A DNA stretch of 36,380 nt from Oscillospiraceae bacterium (GTDB lineage: Bacteria > Bacillota > Clostridia > Oscillospirales > Oscillospiraceae): contig CACYDX010000116.1 in assembly GCA_902773255.1 (NCBI GenBank), positions 1 to 36,380 of the forward strand. Direction: 5' to 3'. This document shows positions 8,488 through 16,821 of the stretch, one piece after another; positions within the stretch are counted from its first letter, which is position 1; each line of letters opens with the position of its first letter. The notes below the pieces were generated by a model. It was not told where the DNA came from and made no database searches. It saw only the letters and a list, made by a program, of their open reading frames with translations. The position numbers and the translations under genes are program-made.

Positions 8488-9594
8488 ATGCTTGAATTTG
8501 AAGAATATAAGGTAAAACTGAATAATCTGAAGCCGACACTCGATGTCCTCAGGTCAGCGCTCAAGCTGGAGGCCGCCGAAAAGGAGATCGAGGAGCTGCA
8601 GGCCGCTTCTGAGAGGGACGGCTACTGGAACGACGTGGAAAAGTCCCAGAAGGATCAGAGGCGTCTCAAGGCTCTGCAGGCAAAATGCGACAATTACTCC
8701 CGTCTCTGCTCGGCCTGGGATGATATGTACACCATGTGCGAGATGGCTATCGAAGAAAACGACGGCTCCATGCTGGAAGAGCTGCAGTCTGAATTCGAGA
8801 AGTTCTCCTCAAATGTGGAGGCCACCCGCCTGAGCACCCTGCTAAACGGAGAATACGACTCTAATAACGCCATTCTCACGCTCCACGCCGGCGCAGGAGG
8901 AACCGAGGCTCAGGACTGGGCCGCCATGCTATACAGAATGTATAACATGTGGGCTGACCGCCACGGCTACAATGTCAAAGTGATGGATTATCTCGACGGA
9001 GACGAGGCAGGAATAAAGAGCGCCACGATAATGATCGAGGGCGAGAACGCGTACGGTTTTCTCAAGAGTGAGCACGGCATCCACCGTCTTGTGCGTATAT
9101 CCCCGTTCGACGCCGCAGGCAGAAGGCATACGTCTTTCGCAGCTGTGGAAGTAATGCCGGAGATATCAAACGACAATGAGATCGAACTTCGCGAGGAGGA
9201 TATCAAGATGGATGTCTTCCGTTCATCCGGCGCAGGCGGCCAGAAGGTAAACAAGACCTCCTCTGCCGTAAGACTCACCCACATCCCGACCGGTATCGTC
9301 GTATCGAGCCAGGTGGAACGCAGCCATTTCCAGAATCTTGAAAACTGCAAGAACATGCTCAGGGCAAGGCTGGCGGAAATAAAGGAGCGCGAGCACCTCG
9401 AAAAGATCAGTGATATAAAGGGCGTTCAGATGAAAATAGAGTGGGGCAGCCAGATACGCTCCTATGTTTTCATGCCGTATCAGCTGGTAAAGGACCACCG
9501 CACCGAATATGAAAACGGCAACATCCAGAACGTGATGGACGGAGATCTCGACGGCTTCATAAATGCATACCTTTCCATGAAGGCCGGGACCTGA
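8488..9594 (+). CDS. prfB: peptide chain release factor 2, encoded as one uninterrupted ORF
   Basis: It carries the SPF tripeptide (VRISPFDAAGRRHTSF) and the GGQ motif (SSGAGGQKVNKTSSAVRLTHIPTG). I start it at the ATG at 8488 (MLEFEEYK...), which has an aagga SD about 9 nt upstream. The track ORF starts at 8353, but that extension contains the predicted promoter and looks non-protein-like. Confidence 0.9.
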   Translation: MLEFEEYKVKLNNLKPTLDVLRSALKLEAAEKEIEELQAASERDGYWNDVEKSQKDQRRLKALQAKCDNYSRLCSAWDDMYTMCEMAIEENDGSMLEELQSEFEKFSSNVEATRLSTLLNGEYDSNNAILTLHAGAGGTEAQDWAAMLYRMYNMWADRHGYNVKVMDYLDGDEAGIKSATIMIEGENAYGFLKSEHGIHRLVRISPFDAAGRRHTSFAAVEVMPEISNDNEIELREEDIKMDVFRSSGAGGQKVNKTSSAVRLTHIPTGIVVSSQVERSHFQNLENCKNMLRARLAEIKEREHLEKISDIKGVQMKIEWGSQIRSYVFMPYQLVKDHRTEYENGNIQNVMDGDLDGFINAYLSMKAGT

Positions 9595-9629
9595 AGGTGT
9601 GAATTCATTATAAACAAACGGCTTATCCC

Positions 9630-9658
9630 TTGAAATCGGACATTTTCAGCTGTATAAT
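9630..9658 (+). promoter_or_regulatory. putative sigma-A promoter of the PPIase gene
   Basis: TTGAAA (9630-9635), a 17-nt spacer, then TATAAT (9653-9658) preceded by TG. Confidence 0.5.
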
Positions 9659-9701
9659 ACTGCCGTTTTTGCAAAGAAATAATAATTAAAGGATAAATGT
9701 G

Positions 9702-11288
9702 ATGAGTGTAAAGAGTGTAAAACAGGACCGTCTTGCAGCAAGCGAGGCAAAAAGAGACAGGAAGCTCCGTCAGGCACAGGAGGCTGAGAAGGCGCAGGCA
9801 AAGGCGCGCGCGGGGTGGATCGCAGCCATAGTCGTCGCCGTTGTGGCGACCCTATTCATGATCTGCGTCAACACCGGCCTTATCTTCAGGAGCACCACAG
9901 CCCTGAAGATAAACGGCAATAAGTATTCCCCCGCCGAGCTTTCGTATTATTACGGCGGCGAATACCTGAACTTTGTGAACACATACGGTGCGTATGCATC
10001 GTATTTCGGGATAGACACCAGCGGCGGCATATCCTCCCTCAAGGATCAGGCATATCCGACGGACGAATTTGCCAACTGGAGAGAGTATTTCCTCAACTCC
10101 GCGAAGGAAAGGATCAGATCCAACCAGGCATTGTATGACTACGCGGTCGCAAACGGCGTGACTCTCTCCGATGAGGAGCTTGCCGAGATCGATACTTCTC
10201 TCGCCACTCTGAAGGAAAATGTTATCGCCGGCGGATGGAAAAGCCTTGACACCTATTTTGCCTCCAATTACGGAAAAGGTGTGAACACCAAGGTCGCAAA
10301 GGACTGCCTGCTGTTCAGCGCTCTCGCTCAGAAGGGCTACGAAGCCGGTTCCGATCAGTTCGTATATACCGACGAGGAGCTTTCCGAGTATTATGACTCT
10401 CTCAACGGTGAAAGCGACAATTACAATTACTGGTATTATTATCTTGCAGCCGACAAGGTCGACTCCGAGCCCGACGCAGACGGCAACGTGACTTCCGATG
10501 TCACCGCAGAGACCCTGGAAGCCGCTCATGAAAAAGCCAATAAGATGATCAATGCATACAAGGCCCGCATCCCCGAGGAAGGCTTTACGGGCACGGAGGA
10601 TTTCGCGAGCTATTTCAATTCAGCAATATCCTCTCAGGGCATAACATCCGAGTGCACCGCCATGAAGAATACCGCCGCGAGCAGTGTCAGCTCCGACTAT
10701 AAGGAGTGGATGACTTCCGCAGACCGTGCAGCCGGTGATATAGACGTTATAGAGAATTCTTCCGGCACCGGCTATTATCTGGTGGTATTCGGAAGCCATG
10801 ACGACAACCATTATCCTATGGTATCCGTCCGCCACATCCTTATCAAGGCAGCTGAAGATGAGGACGGAAACTATTCGGAGGAAGCTCTTGAAGCGGCAAA
10901 GACCAGAGCTGAAGAGATCTACGATGAATGGAAAAACGGAGAGGCCACCGAGGAGAGTTTTGCAGCTCTCGCTGATAAGTACTCCGAGGATGAAGGCTCG
11001 AACACCAACGGCGGTCTCTACGAGGAGATCTACAAGGGCAAGATGGTGGACACTTTCGATGAGTTCTGCTTTGCAGGCCACAAGCACGGAGACACCGACA
11101 TAGTCACTGCGACATCCGGAGGTTATGCGGGAGCCCATATCATCTACTTCGTCAGCGCAGACGGCGAGCTTTACAGCAACTATATAGCAAAGACAGACAA
11201 GCTCTCGGAGGACACCTCCGCATGGTACGATTCCATAATGGAGGGCTATGATATGACCAAGGGAGCCGGATACTTCCTTGCAGCCTGA
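9702..11288 (+). CDS. membrane-anchored parvulin-type peptidyl-prolyl cis-trans isomerase (PrsA/SurA-like)
   Basis: A basic N-terminal tail is followed by one TM helix (WIAAIVVAVVATLFMICV). A PpiC/parvulin domain lies near the C-terminus (VSVRHILIK...GGLYEEIYKGKMVDTFDEFCF). I prefer the ATG at 9702 with an aaagga SD, but an in-frame GTG at 9699 is also possible. Confidence 0.85.
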   Translation: MSVKSVKQDRLAASEAKRDRKLRQAQEAEKAQAKARAGWIAAIVVAVVATLFMICVNTGLIFRSTTALKINGNKYSPAELSYYYGGEYLNFVNTYGAYASYFGIDTSGGISSLKDQAYPTDEFANWREYFLNSAKERIRSNQALYDYAVANGVTLSDEELAEIDTSLATLKENVIAGGWKSLDTYFASNYGKGVNTKVAKDCLLFSALAQKGYEAGSDQFVYTDEELSEYYDSLNGESDNYNYWYYYLAADKVDSEPDADGNVTSDVTAETLEAAHEKANKMINAYKARIPEEGFTGTEDFASYFNSAISSQGITSECTAMKNTAASSVSSDYKEWMTSADRAAGDIDVIENSSGTGYYLVVFGSHDDNHYPMVSVRHILIKAAEDEDGNYSEEALEAAKTRAEEIYDEWKNGEATEESFAALADKYSEDEGSNTNGGLYEEIYKGKMVDTFDEFCFAGHKHGDTDIVTATSGGYAGAHIIYFVSADGELYSNYIAKTDKLSEDTSAWYDSIMEGYDMTKGAGYFLAA

Positions 11289-11310
11289 TCGATAACAAAC
11301 AACTAATACA

Positions 11311-11349
11311 CCGCCATTCCGGGGCATCCCCGGAATGACGGTATTATTA
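11311..11349 (+). terminator. probable terminator after the PPIase gene
   Basis: The stem ccgccattccgggg / ccccggaatgacgg is 14 bp with 1 mismatch and a 3-nt loop. It is followed by tattattat, a weak T-tract. Confidence 0.5.
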
Positions 11350-11371
11350 TACCGGGAGAAGTGAAACAGGA

Positions 11372-12088
11372 ATGGAAAAACGCTTCATACGAGCAGCTGC
11401 TCTTCTGGGCGAAGAGGCAATGCAGAGGCTTTCATCATGCCATGTAGCCGTTTTCGGCCTCGGGGGCGTAGGTTCATGGTGCGCCGAGGCGCTGGCCAGG
11501 TCCGGCATCGGAAAGCTCACCCTCATTGACCGCGACATCGTCAGCGAGAGCAACATCAACCGCCAGCTCATCGCCCTTTCTTCTACTGTCGGCAGGCCGA
11601 AGGCGGAAGTCATGGCAGAGCGGATCTCTGATATAAACCCCGCGTGCGTTGTCAGAGCGCTCACCGGCACATATGACGCGGAGCACCGCGAGGAATTCTT
11701 CTCCGATTATGACTATGTTGCTGATGCCATCGATCTTGTCTCATGCAAGCTGGATCTTATATGCACCTGTCTTGAAAGAGAGATTCCCGTCATCTCCGCA
11801 TTAGGCACCGGCAACAAGCTCGACCCGACTCTTTTGAGAGTATCAGATATTTCAAAGACTGAAAATGATGCGCTCGCCAGAGTCGTGAGGAAGGAACTGA
11901 GGGCAAGAGGCGTGCTGCATACAGATGTTGTATGGTCACCGGAGCTTCCTCTTGAGGCGCAGCAGCTGGAGGAGCCGGATCCCGGACGCCGGAGCGTTCC
12001 CGGTTCTATTGCGTGGGTACCGTCGAGCGCGGGGCTTCTTATGTGCAGCCACATAGTCACAGGACTCATCGGAAAAGGCGAAAACTGA
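11372..12088 (+). CDS. tcdA: tRNA threonylcarbamoyladenosine dehydratase (ThiF/E1-like)
   Basis: 238 aa. The motif VAVFGLGGVGSWCAEALARSGIGKLTLIDRDIVSESNINRQ is the TcdA/CsdL-type nucleotide-binding motif. Confidence 0.88.
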   Translation: MEKRFIRAAALLGEEAMQRLSSCHVAVFGLGGVGSWCAEALARSGIGKLTLIDRDIVSESNINRQLIALSSTVGRPKAEVMAERISDINPACVVRALTGTYDAEHREEFFSDYDYVADAIDLVSCKLDLICTCLEREIPVISALGTGNKLDPTLLRVSDISKTENDALARVVRKELRARGVLHTDVVWSPELPLEAQQLEEPDPGRRSVPGSIAWVPSSAGLLMCSHIVTGLIGKGEN

Positions 12089-12163
12089 AAAAGGCATGAA
12101 ACCTTTTATGTTCCCGCTCCGTCTTATATGGCAGAATCGGAAAAGATTACGGAGGTCGATAAA

Positions 12164-13288
12164 ATGAAAAAGATAGTCTCACTTCTTCTCGCTCTAATAA
12201 TGATATTCGCCTTGTGCGCCTGCGGCTCCTCTCCCAAGGCTTCCTACCCGGCATCCTATGATACTGCCGCGGCTTCCGGAGTCTCCTATAACAGCTCCTC
12301 TCAATACGCAGTTGCGGAAGATTATGAAGCAGAGTACGGTTATACGGAAGCTGCCGAGATGCCGGTACCCGCGCCTGCTGCCGGCAATAACAGTGTGGGC
12401 GGCCTTTCAGCAGACAGTTCCTCTTCAGCCGCCACCGGTGTCGGCAGTGATGCAACGATAAACACCGAAAAGATCATTTATTCGGCTGATGCACAGCTCG
12501 AGACCACCACATTCGATGAAACTGTTGCAGCAATAACGGAGATGATCAATGCATACGGCGGATTTGTGGAAAGCAGCAGTGTGAACGGAGCCAATTACTA
12601 TAACAAGTCCAGGGGCTACACCTCCCTGCGTTCCGCAAGTTATACCATCCGCATCCCCAGCGAGAATTTCGCATCAATGATGAATGCCCTGCCCACTCTC
12701 GGCAATGTGCCTTTTACCAACACATATACGGAAAACGTCACCAGTCAGTATTACGACGTGCAGGCAAGGCTTACAGCCTATAAGACTCAGGAGGCAAGAC
12801 TTATCGAGATGATGTCCGTTGCCGAGTCGGTCGAGGACATCATAACCATCGAGGACCGGCTGACCGAGATCCGTTACCAGATAGATTCCATGCAATCCCG
12901 TCTGAACAACTGGGACCGCCGCGTGAACTATTCCACTATATACCTCAATGTATCTGAAGTCAGTGAATACACTCCCGCGGAGACGGTTAAGGTCACATAT
13001 GGCGAAAAGCTTGCAGCAGCTGTGAAAAACGGTTTCAGGTCCGTAGGCAGCTTCTTTGCGGACTTCCTGCTCTGGCTGGTCGAAGCTCTGCCGACACTCA
13101 TTATCCTCGCGGTGATTGCTGTGGTCATCATTATCATAATCAGGAAGACCCGCGGCAGCCGCCAGGCCAGAAGGGAAAAGCGCGCACTCAGAAAAGCTGA
13201 GAAAGCAGAGGAAAAGGCCGCAAAAAAAGCAGCTCTGAAAGCGCCTGCAGTATCTCAGGTCACTGAGCAGAGCAAAACTCAGGAATAA
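12164..13288 (+). CDS. DUF4349 domain lipoprotein with a C-terminal TM helix and Lys/Ala/Glu-rich tail
   Basis: I start it at MKKIVSLLLALIMIFALCACGS (lipobox), with a ggagg SD 8 nt upstream. The track ORF starts at 12128. The core (IYSADAQLET...YYDVQARL...IEDRLTEIRYQIDSMQSRLNNWDRRVNYSTIYLNV) matches the DUF4349 pattern. Confidence 0.85.
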   Translation: MKKIVSLLLALIMIFALCACGSSPKASYPASYDTAAASGVSYNSSSQYAVAEDYEAEYGYTEAAEMPVPAPAAGNNSVGGLSADSSSSAATGVGSDATINTEKIIYSADAQLETTTFDETVAAITEMINAYGGFVESSSVNGANYYNKSRGYTSLRSASYTIRIPSENFASMMNALPTLGNVPFTNTYTENVTSQYYDVQARLTAYKTQEARLIEMMSVAESVEDIITIEDRLTEIRYQIDSMQSRLNNWDRRVNYSTIYLNVSEVSEYTPAETVKVTYGEKLAAAVKNGFRSVGSFFADFLLWLVEALPTLIILAVIAVVIIIIIRKTRGSRQARREKRALRKAEKAEEKAAKKAALKAPAVSQVTEQSKTQE

Positions 13289-13305
13289 ATATGTCTCCCG
13301 ATCGT

Positions 13306-13337
13306 CAGGGCTGCCGGAAAGGCAGCCCTGTTTTTTC
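13306..13337 (+). terminator. intrinsic terminator after the DUF4349 gene
   Basis: 10-bp stem cagggctgcc / ggcagccctg with a ggaaa loop, followed by TTTTTT. Confidence 0.85.
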
Positions 13338-13419
13338 TTTATATCATTTCTTTAAACTTCCTTTTAGGTTCGTGTTTTATCCTTTAGTCACCAAAGGGAA
13401 AGGTTTCTAAACTCGATAC

Positions 13420-14814
13420 ATGAAAAAAAGCTTTTATATATTATCGTCGGTCCTGCTGACCGCAGCCCTGTTTGCAGGAGTTATACTGTGCATCTTCGGT
13501 GTCTTCGGGACCACCTCCGCCTCTGCGGAATCAGTATACGCTGATGAAGACCAGGCCGCAGACAGTGTTGCCGTAACACCTCAAAGCTATGAAAACGGCA
13601 TCATTGAAACTGAAGACCTCTTTTCAAAAAGAGATCTGGCTCAGACCGCAGACCTGAGCGATGCCGTATATTTAAAACTGTCCGACAATGAAGACCTGAG
13701 CATCATTGAGGCCGGAATATATGTGATAAGCGGGACCGCCTCTGAGGCAACTATACTGGTTGATGCCCCCGACGATGCCAAGGTCCAGCTGGTGCTCGAC
13801 AGCGTCAGTGTCACGAACGTGGATTTCCCATGCATATATGTGAAAGCGGCCGACAAGGTCTTTATAACCACAAGCTCGGACAGCAGCCTCACCGTAACCG
13901 GAGCGTTCCTTACAGACGGGACCGTAAAGACCGACGCCGCGGTATTCTCCCGCTCGGATATTGTTTTTAACGGTACCGCAGTTCTTTCAATAGATTCGAG
14001 CAAGCACGGCATCTCCGGCAAGGACGATATTAAGATCACCGGAGGTGCATATACCATAACGGCCGTGGCTCACGGCATAGAGGCAAATGATTCAGTCCGC
14101 ATTGCAGACGGATCTCTTACCGTTAAAGCAGGCAAGGACGCCATTCATTGCGAAAATGATGATGACGATACTCTGGGATATGTATATATCTGCGGCGGAA
14201 CCCTTGAGATCACCGCAGGTGATGACGGGATCCATGCCGTCTCGGCTGTCCAGATAGATGACGGAGACCTGCAGATAAGCGCCGGAGAAGGAGTAGAATC
14301 AACGCGCGTACAGATAAACGGCGGCACCATAAGCATCACGGCAAGCGATGACGGCATAAACGCCGCCAGGAAAACATCCTCATTCACACCCTTTGTTGAG
14401 ATAAACGGCGGTGAGATAACTATAAGCATGGGTGCAGGCGACACCGACGGCGTGGACGCCAACGGAAATATCACGATCAACGGCGGCACCGTCAGCGTTA
14501 CCGGTATGTCGACCTTCGACTATGACGGCACCGGAGTTATAAATGGCGGAACTGTTATCTGCAACGGTGAACAGGTCACTTTGCTTCCGAATCAGCAATT
14601 CGGCGCCATGGGTTGGGGTGCTCCCGGTGGCTGGGGCGGACATGGCGGTCCCGATGGGAAGCCGGACTTTAACGGTACTCCTCCCTACGATCTCCCCGAT
14701 GACTTTCCCGGCGGCGATTTCTCCGGGAATTTCACCGATGACTTCCCTGAAGGTTTTCCTGACAGCTTCCCCAGCAACGATCCTCAGGGACAAAACCCGG
14801 GAGATCAGCTCTGA
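13420..14814 (+). CDS. secreted or anchored Cthe_2159-type beta-helix protein (carbohydrate-binding domain family) with an acidic Gly/Pro/Phe/Asp tail
   Basis: It has an N-terminal signal or anchor (LLTAALFAGVILCIFGVFG). Repeated beta-helix rungs are visible (ITGGAYTITAVAHGIEA / GGTLEITAGDDGIHA / INGGTISITASDDGINA / INGGEITISMGAGDTDGVDA / INGGTVSVTG). No convincing SD is seen upstream. Confidence 0.8.
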   Translation: MKKSFYILSSVLLTAALFAGVILCIFGVFGTTSASAESVYADEDQAADSVAVTPQSYENGIIETEDLFSKRDLAQTADLSDAVYLKLSDNEDLSIIEAGIYVISGTASEATILVDAPDDAKVQLVLDSVSVTNVDFPCIYVKAADKVFITTSSDSSLTVTGAFLTDGTVKTDAAVFSRSDIVFNGTAVLSIDSSKHGISGKDDIKITGGAYTITAVAHGIEANDSVRIADGSLTVKAGKDAIHCENDDDDTLGYVYICGGTLEITAGDDGIHAVSAVQIDDGDLQISAGEGVESTRVQINGGTISITASDDGINAARKTSSFTPFVEINGGEITISMGAGDTDGVDANGNITINGGTVSVTGMSTFDYDGTGVINGGTVICNGEQVTLLPNQQFGAMGWGAPGGWGGHGGPDGKPDFNGTPPYDLPDDFPGGDFSGNFTDDFPEGFPDSFPSNDPQGQNPGDQL

Positions 14815-14856
14815 CACCCCGCCCTTTTAAATAGATACTACGGATAAACCCTCCGG

Positions 14857-14893
14857 GGCCCTTCGCATTCATTTGCGGGGGCCTCTTGTTATT
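14857..14893 (+). terminator. possible terminator after the beta-helix gene
   Basis: Imperfect GC-rich stem ggcccttcgc / gcgggggcc with G:U pairs and a bulge, followed by tcttgttatt. Confidence 0.4.
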
Positions 14894-14912
14894 ATGGGCG
14901 TGCTGGTATAAA
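14886..14912 (+). promoter_or_regulatory. possible extended -10 promoter of the macrodomain gene
   Basis: TGgTATAAA at 14904-14912. TTGTTA at 14886-14891 gives a short 15-nt spacer. Confidence 0.3.
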
Positions 14913-14958
14913 ATGAACAAAATACAGCCATGACCGACCGAAAGGAGTTTTAAGAACT

Positions 14959-16101
14959 ATGCCGCTGCAGTTAGTCAGAAACGATATAACACGGATGAAA
15001 GTTGACGCGATAGTTAATGCCGCCAATACCTCACTTCTTGGAGGAGGCGGAGTCGACGGAGCTATCCATAAGGCCGCGGGACCTGAACTGCTTGAAGAGT
15101 GCAGAACGCTGGGAGGCTGCAGAACAGGCGATGCAAAGATAACCGGAGCCTATAAGCTTCCCTGTAAATATGTCATACATACAGTCGGCCCGCGCTGGAA
15201 GGGCGGCATGAAAGGCGAGAAGGAACTTCTTACCTCCTGCTACCGCACTTCTCTTGATCTTGCGCTCACCCACGGCTGTGAGACAGTGGCATTTCCCCTG
15301 ATATCCTCCGGCGCATACGGATACCCCAAGGATCAGGCTATGAAGGTCGCGGTGGACACCATCGGCGATTTCCTCATGGCGAATGATACCGACATGCTGG
15401 TCTACCTGGTGGTCTTCGGCAGGGAGAGCGTGGCAATAGGCCATAAACTAGCTTCGGATATCTGCGAATACATAGATGACAACTTTACAGATGCGCGCGA
15501 AAGGGCTGATCGTTATCGCAGGAGACGCATCGATCTGGAGGATGGAGAGTATGCTGCATCCAATTTGCCCGTATTTTATGAAAGCATATCTGCAACGTAC
15601 GGCATGCCTGACGCTGATAATCAGGTAGTCTGTCCGGAATCTGCTGAGCCTGCACCGGCCTCCGCCGCTCCGCATTCGTTTTCCAAACCTGCAGCAAAAC
15701 CTGCACATGCTTCGGCCTCTTATGATTCAACGATATCTCCCGACAAACTCCGCTTCGAGCTCGACGAGAGTTTCCAGCAGATGCTTCTTCGTAAGATAGA
15801 TGAGATCGGCATAACCGATGCGCAGTGCTATAAAAAAGCCAATATCGACAGAAAGCTGTTTTCAAAGATCCGCGACGATGCCGCATATAAACCCAGCAAA
15901 CTGACTGCCATTGCCTTTGCGATCGCACTCGAGCTTAACAAATCTGAAACGGAAGAACTGCTTAAAAAGGCTGGCTTCGCCCTTTCAAACAGCAACCTGT
16001 TCGATGTAATAATCGGGTATTTCATAGACCGCCGCAACTATAATATCTTTGAGATAAACGAAGTTCTTTTCGCTTTTGACCAGAACCTGCTCGGTCAGTA
16101 A
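14959..16101 (+). CDS. MacroD-type macrodomain protein (ADP-ribose / O-acetyl-ADP-ribose hydrolase-like) fused to a C-terminal XRE-like HTH domain
   Basis: Residues 1 to about 160 carry [27 protein letters not shown] and [12 protein letters not shown], the MacroD/YmdB signatures. A Pro/Ala-rich linker follows. Residues about 263-380 ([36 protein letters not shown]...[29 protein letters not shown]) have an XRE-type HTH pattern. An aaaggag SD lies upstream. Confidence 0.85.
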   Translation: MPLQLVRNDITRMKVDAIVNAANTSLLGGGGVDGAIHKAAGPELLEECRTLGGCRTGDAKITGAYKLPCKYVIHTVGPRWKGGMKGEKELLTSCYRTSLDLALTHGCETVAFPLISSGAYGYPKDQAMKVAVDTIGDFLMANDTDMLVYLVVFGRESVAIGHKLASDICEYIDDNFTDARERADRYRRRRIDLEDGEYAASNLPVFYESISATYGMPDADNQVVCPESAEPAPASAAPHSFSKPAAKPAHASASYDSTISPDKLRFELDESFQQMLLRKIDEIGITDAQCYKKANIDRKLFSKIRDDAAYKPSKLTAIAFAIALELNKSETEELLKKAGFALSNSNLFDVIIGYFIDRRNYNIFEINEVLFAFDQNLLGQ

Positions 16102-16138
16102 AAATGTCGCTTGGCGGGCGACCAGATAAATCTGAAAA

Positions 16139-16176
16139 CCTCCTATACTGTGATCATAAACAGTACAGGAGGTTTT
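16139..16176 (+). promoter_or_regulatory. hairpin sequestering the vWA gene's Shine-Dalgarno sequence (possible partial terminator)
   Basis: cctcctatactg (16139-16150) pairs with cagtacaggagg (16161-16172): 12 bp with one A/C mismatch and a 10-nt loop. The 3' arm contains the AGGAGG SD of the ATG at 16180 and is followed by TTTT. Confidence 0.6.
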
Positions 16177-16179
16177 ATC

Positions 16180-16821
16180 ATGAACAACAATACTACTGAG
16201 CTCGTCTTCATTCTCGACCGTAGCGGTTCGATGAGCGGCCTTGAGGGCGACACTATCGGAGGCTTCAATTCTCTCATTGAAAAACAGAAGACCGTCGAGG
16301 GCAAATGCTTTGTCACCACCGTCCTTTTCGACAGCGATTATGACATGATACACGACCGGGCAGATCTCAGTGAGATACCTGTGATGACAGAAAAGGATTA
16401 TTACGTCCGCGGCTGCACCGCCCTGCTCGACGCATTAGGCCGCACGATCCGGCATATAGCAAAGATCCATAAGTATGCCAGACCCGAGGACGTGCCCGAG
16501 CACACCACCTTCGTTATCATGACGGACGGGATGGAGAATGCCAGCCGCAGCTACGACAGCGATACCGTTAAAAAAATGATAGAGCATGAAAAGGAGAAAT
16601 ACGGCTGGGAGTTTCTGTTCCTTGCGGCCAATATCGATGCCGTGGAGACCGCCTCCCGTGTCGGTATCCGTGCTGACAGAGCCGTGAACTACCGGGCCGA
16701 CAAACGGGGTACCTCTGTTGTATATGAGGCTGTCGGCGAGACCATCCTCCGCGCAAGAGCGTGCGGAGCGATTCCCGCGGACTGGAGCAGAAAAATAGAC
16801 GAAGACAACAATTCGCGCTGA
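16180..16821 (+). CDS. stand-alone cytoplasmic von Willebrand factor A (vWA) domain protein with a complete MIDAS motif
   Basis: 213 aa from the ATG at 16180 (AGGAGG SD). The track ORF begins at a TTG at 16111. MIDAS elements are present: LDRSGSMSG (DxSxS), GCTALLDA (T) and IMTDGMEN (D). No signal peptide or TM helix is visible. Confidence 0.85.
   Translation: MNNNTTELVFILDRSGSMSGLEGDTIGGFNSLIEKQKTVEGKCFVTTVLFDSDYDMIHDRADLSEIPVMTEKDYYVRGCTALLDALGRTIRHIAKIHKYARPEDVPEHTTFVIMTDGMENASRSYDSDTVKKMIEHEKEKYGWEFLFLAANIDAVETASRVGIRADRAVNYRADKRGTSVVYEAVGETILRARACGAIPADWSRKIDEDNNSR

Noticed and set aside
14959-16101. Reading the macrodomain protein as DarG of a DarTG toxin-antitoxin pair.
   Set aside because: There is no DarT-like gene upstream or downstream, and the upstream gene is a secreted beta-helix protein. 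The macrodomain has MacroD/YmdB-type motifs rather than the TARG1-like type of DarG. The C-terminal part looks like an XRE HTH rather than a DarT-binding domain.
16111-16179. Upstream extensions offered by the ORF track for the vWA gene (TTG at 16111), the DUF4349 gene (12128) and trmO (33162).
   Set aside because: In each case an internal ATG has a much better SD (AGGAGG, GGAGG) or an ATGA coupling overlap, and it coincides with the start of the recognisable domain or signal peptide. The extra residues would place charged sequence ahead of a lipoprotein signal or add non-homologous sequence.
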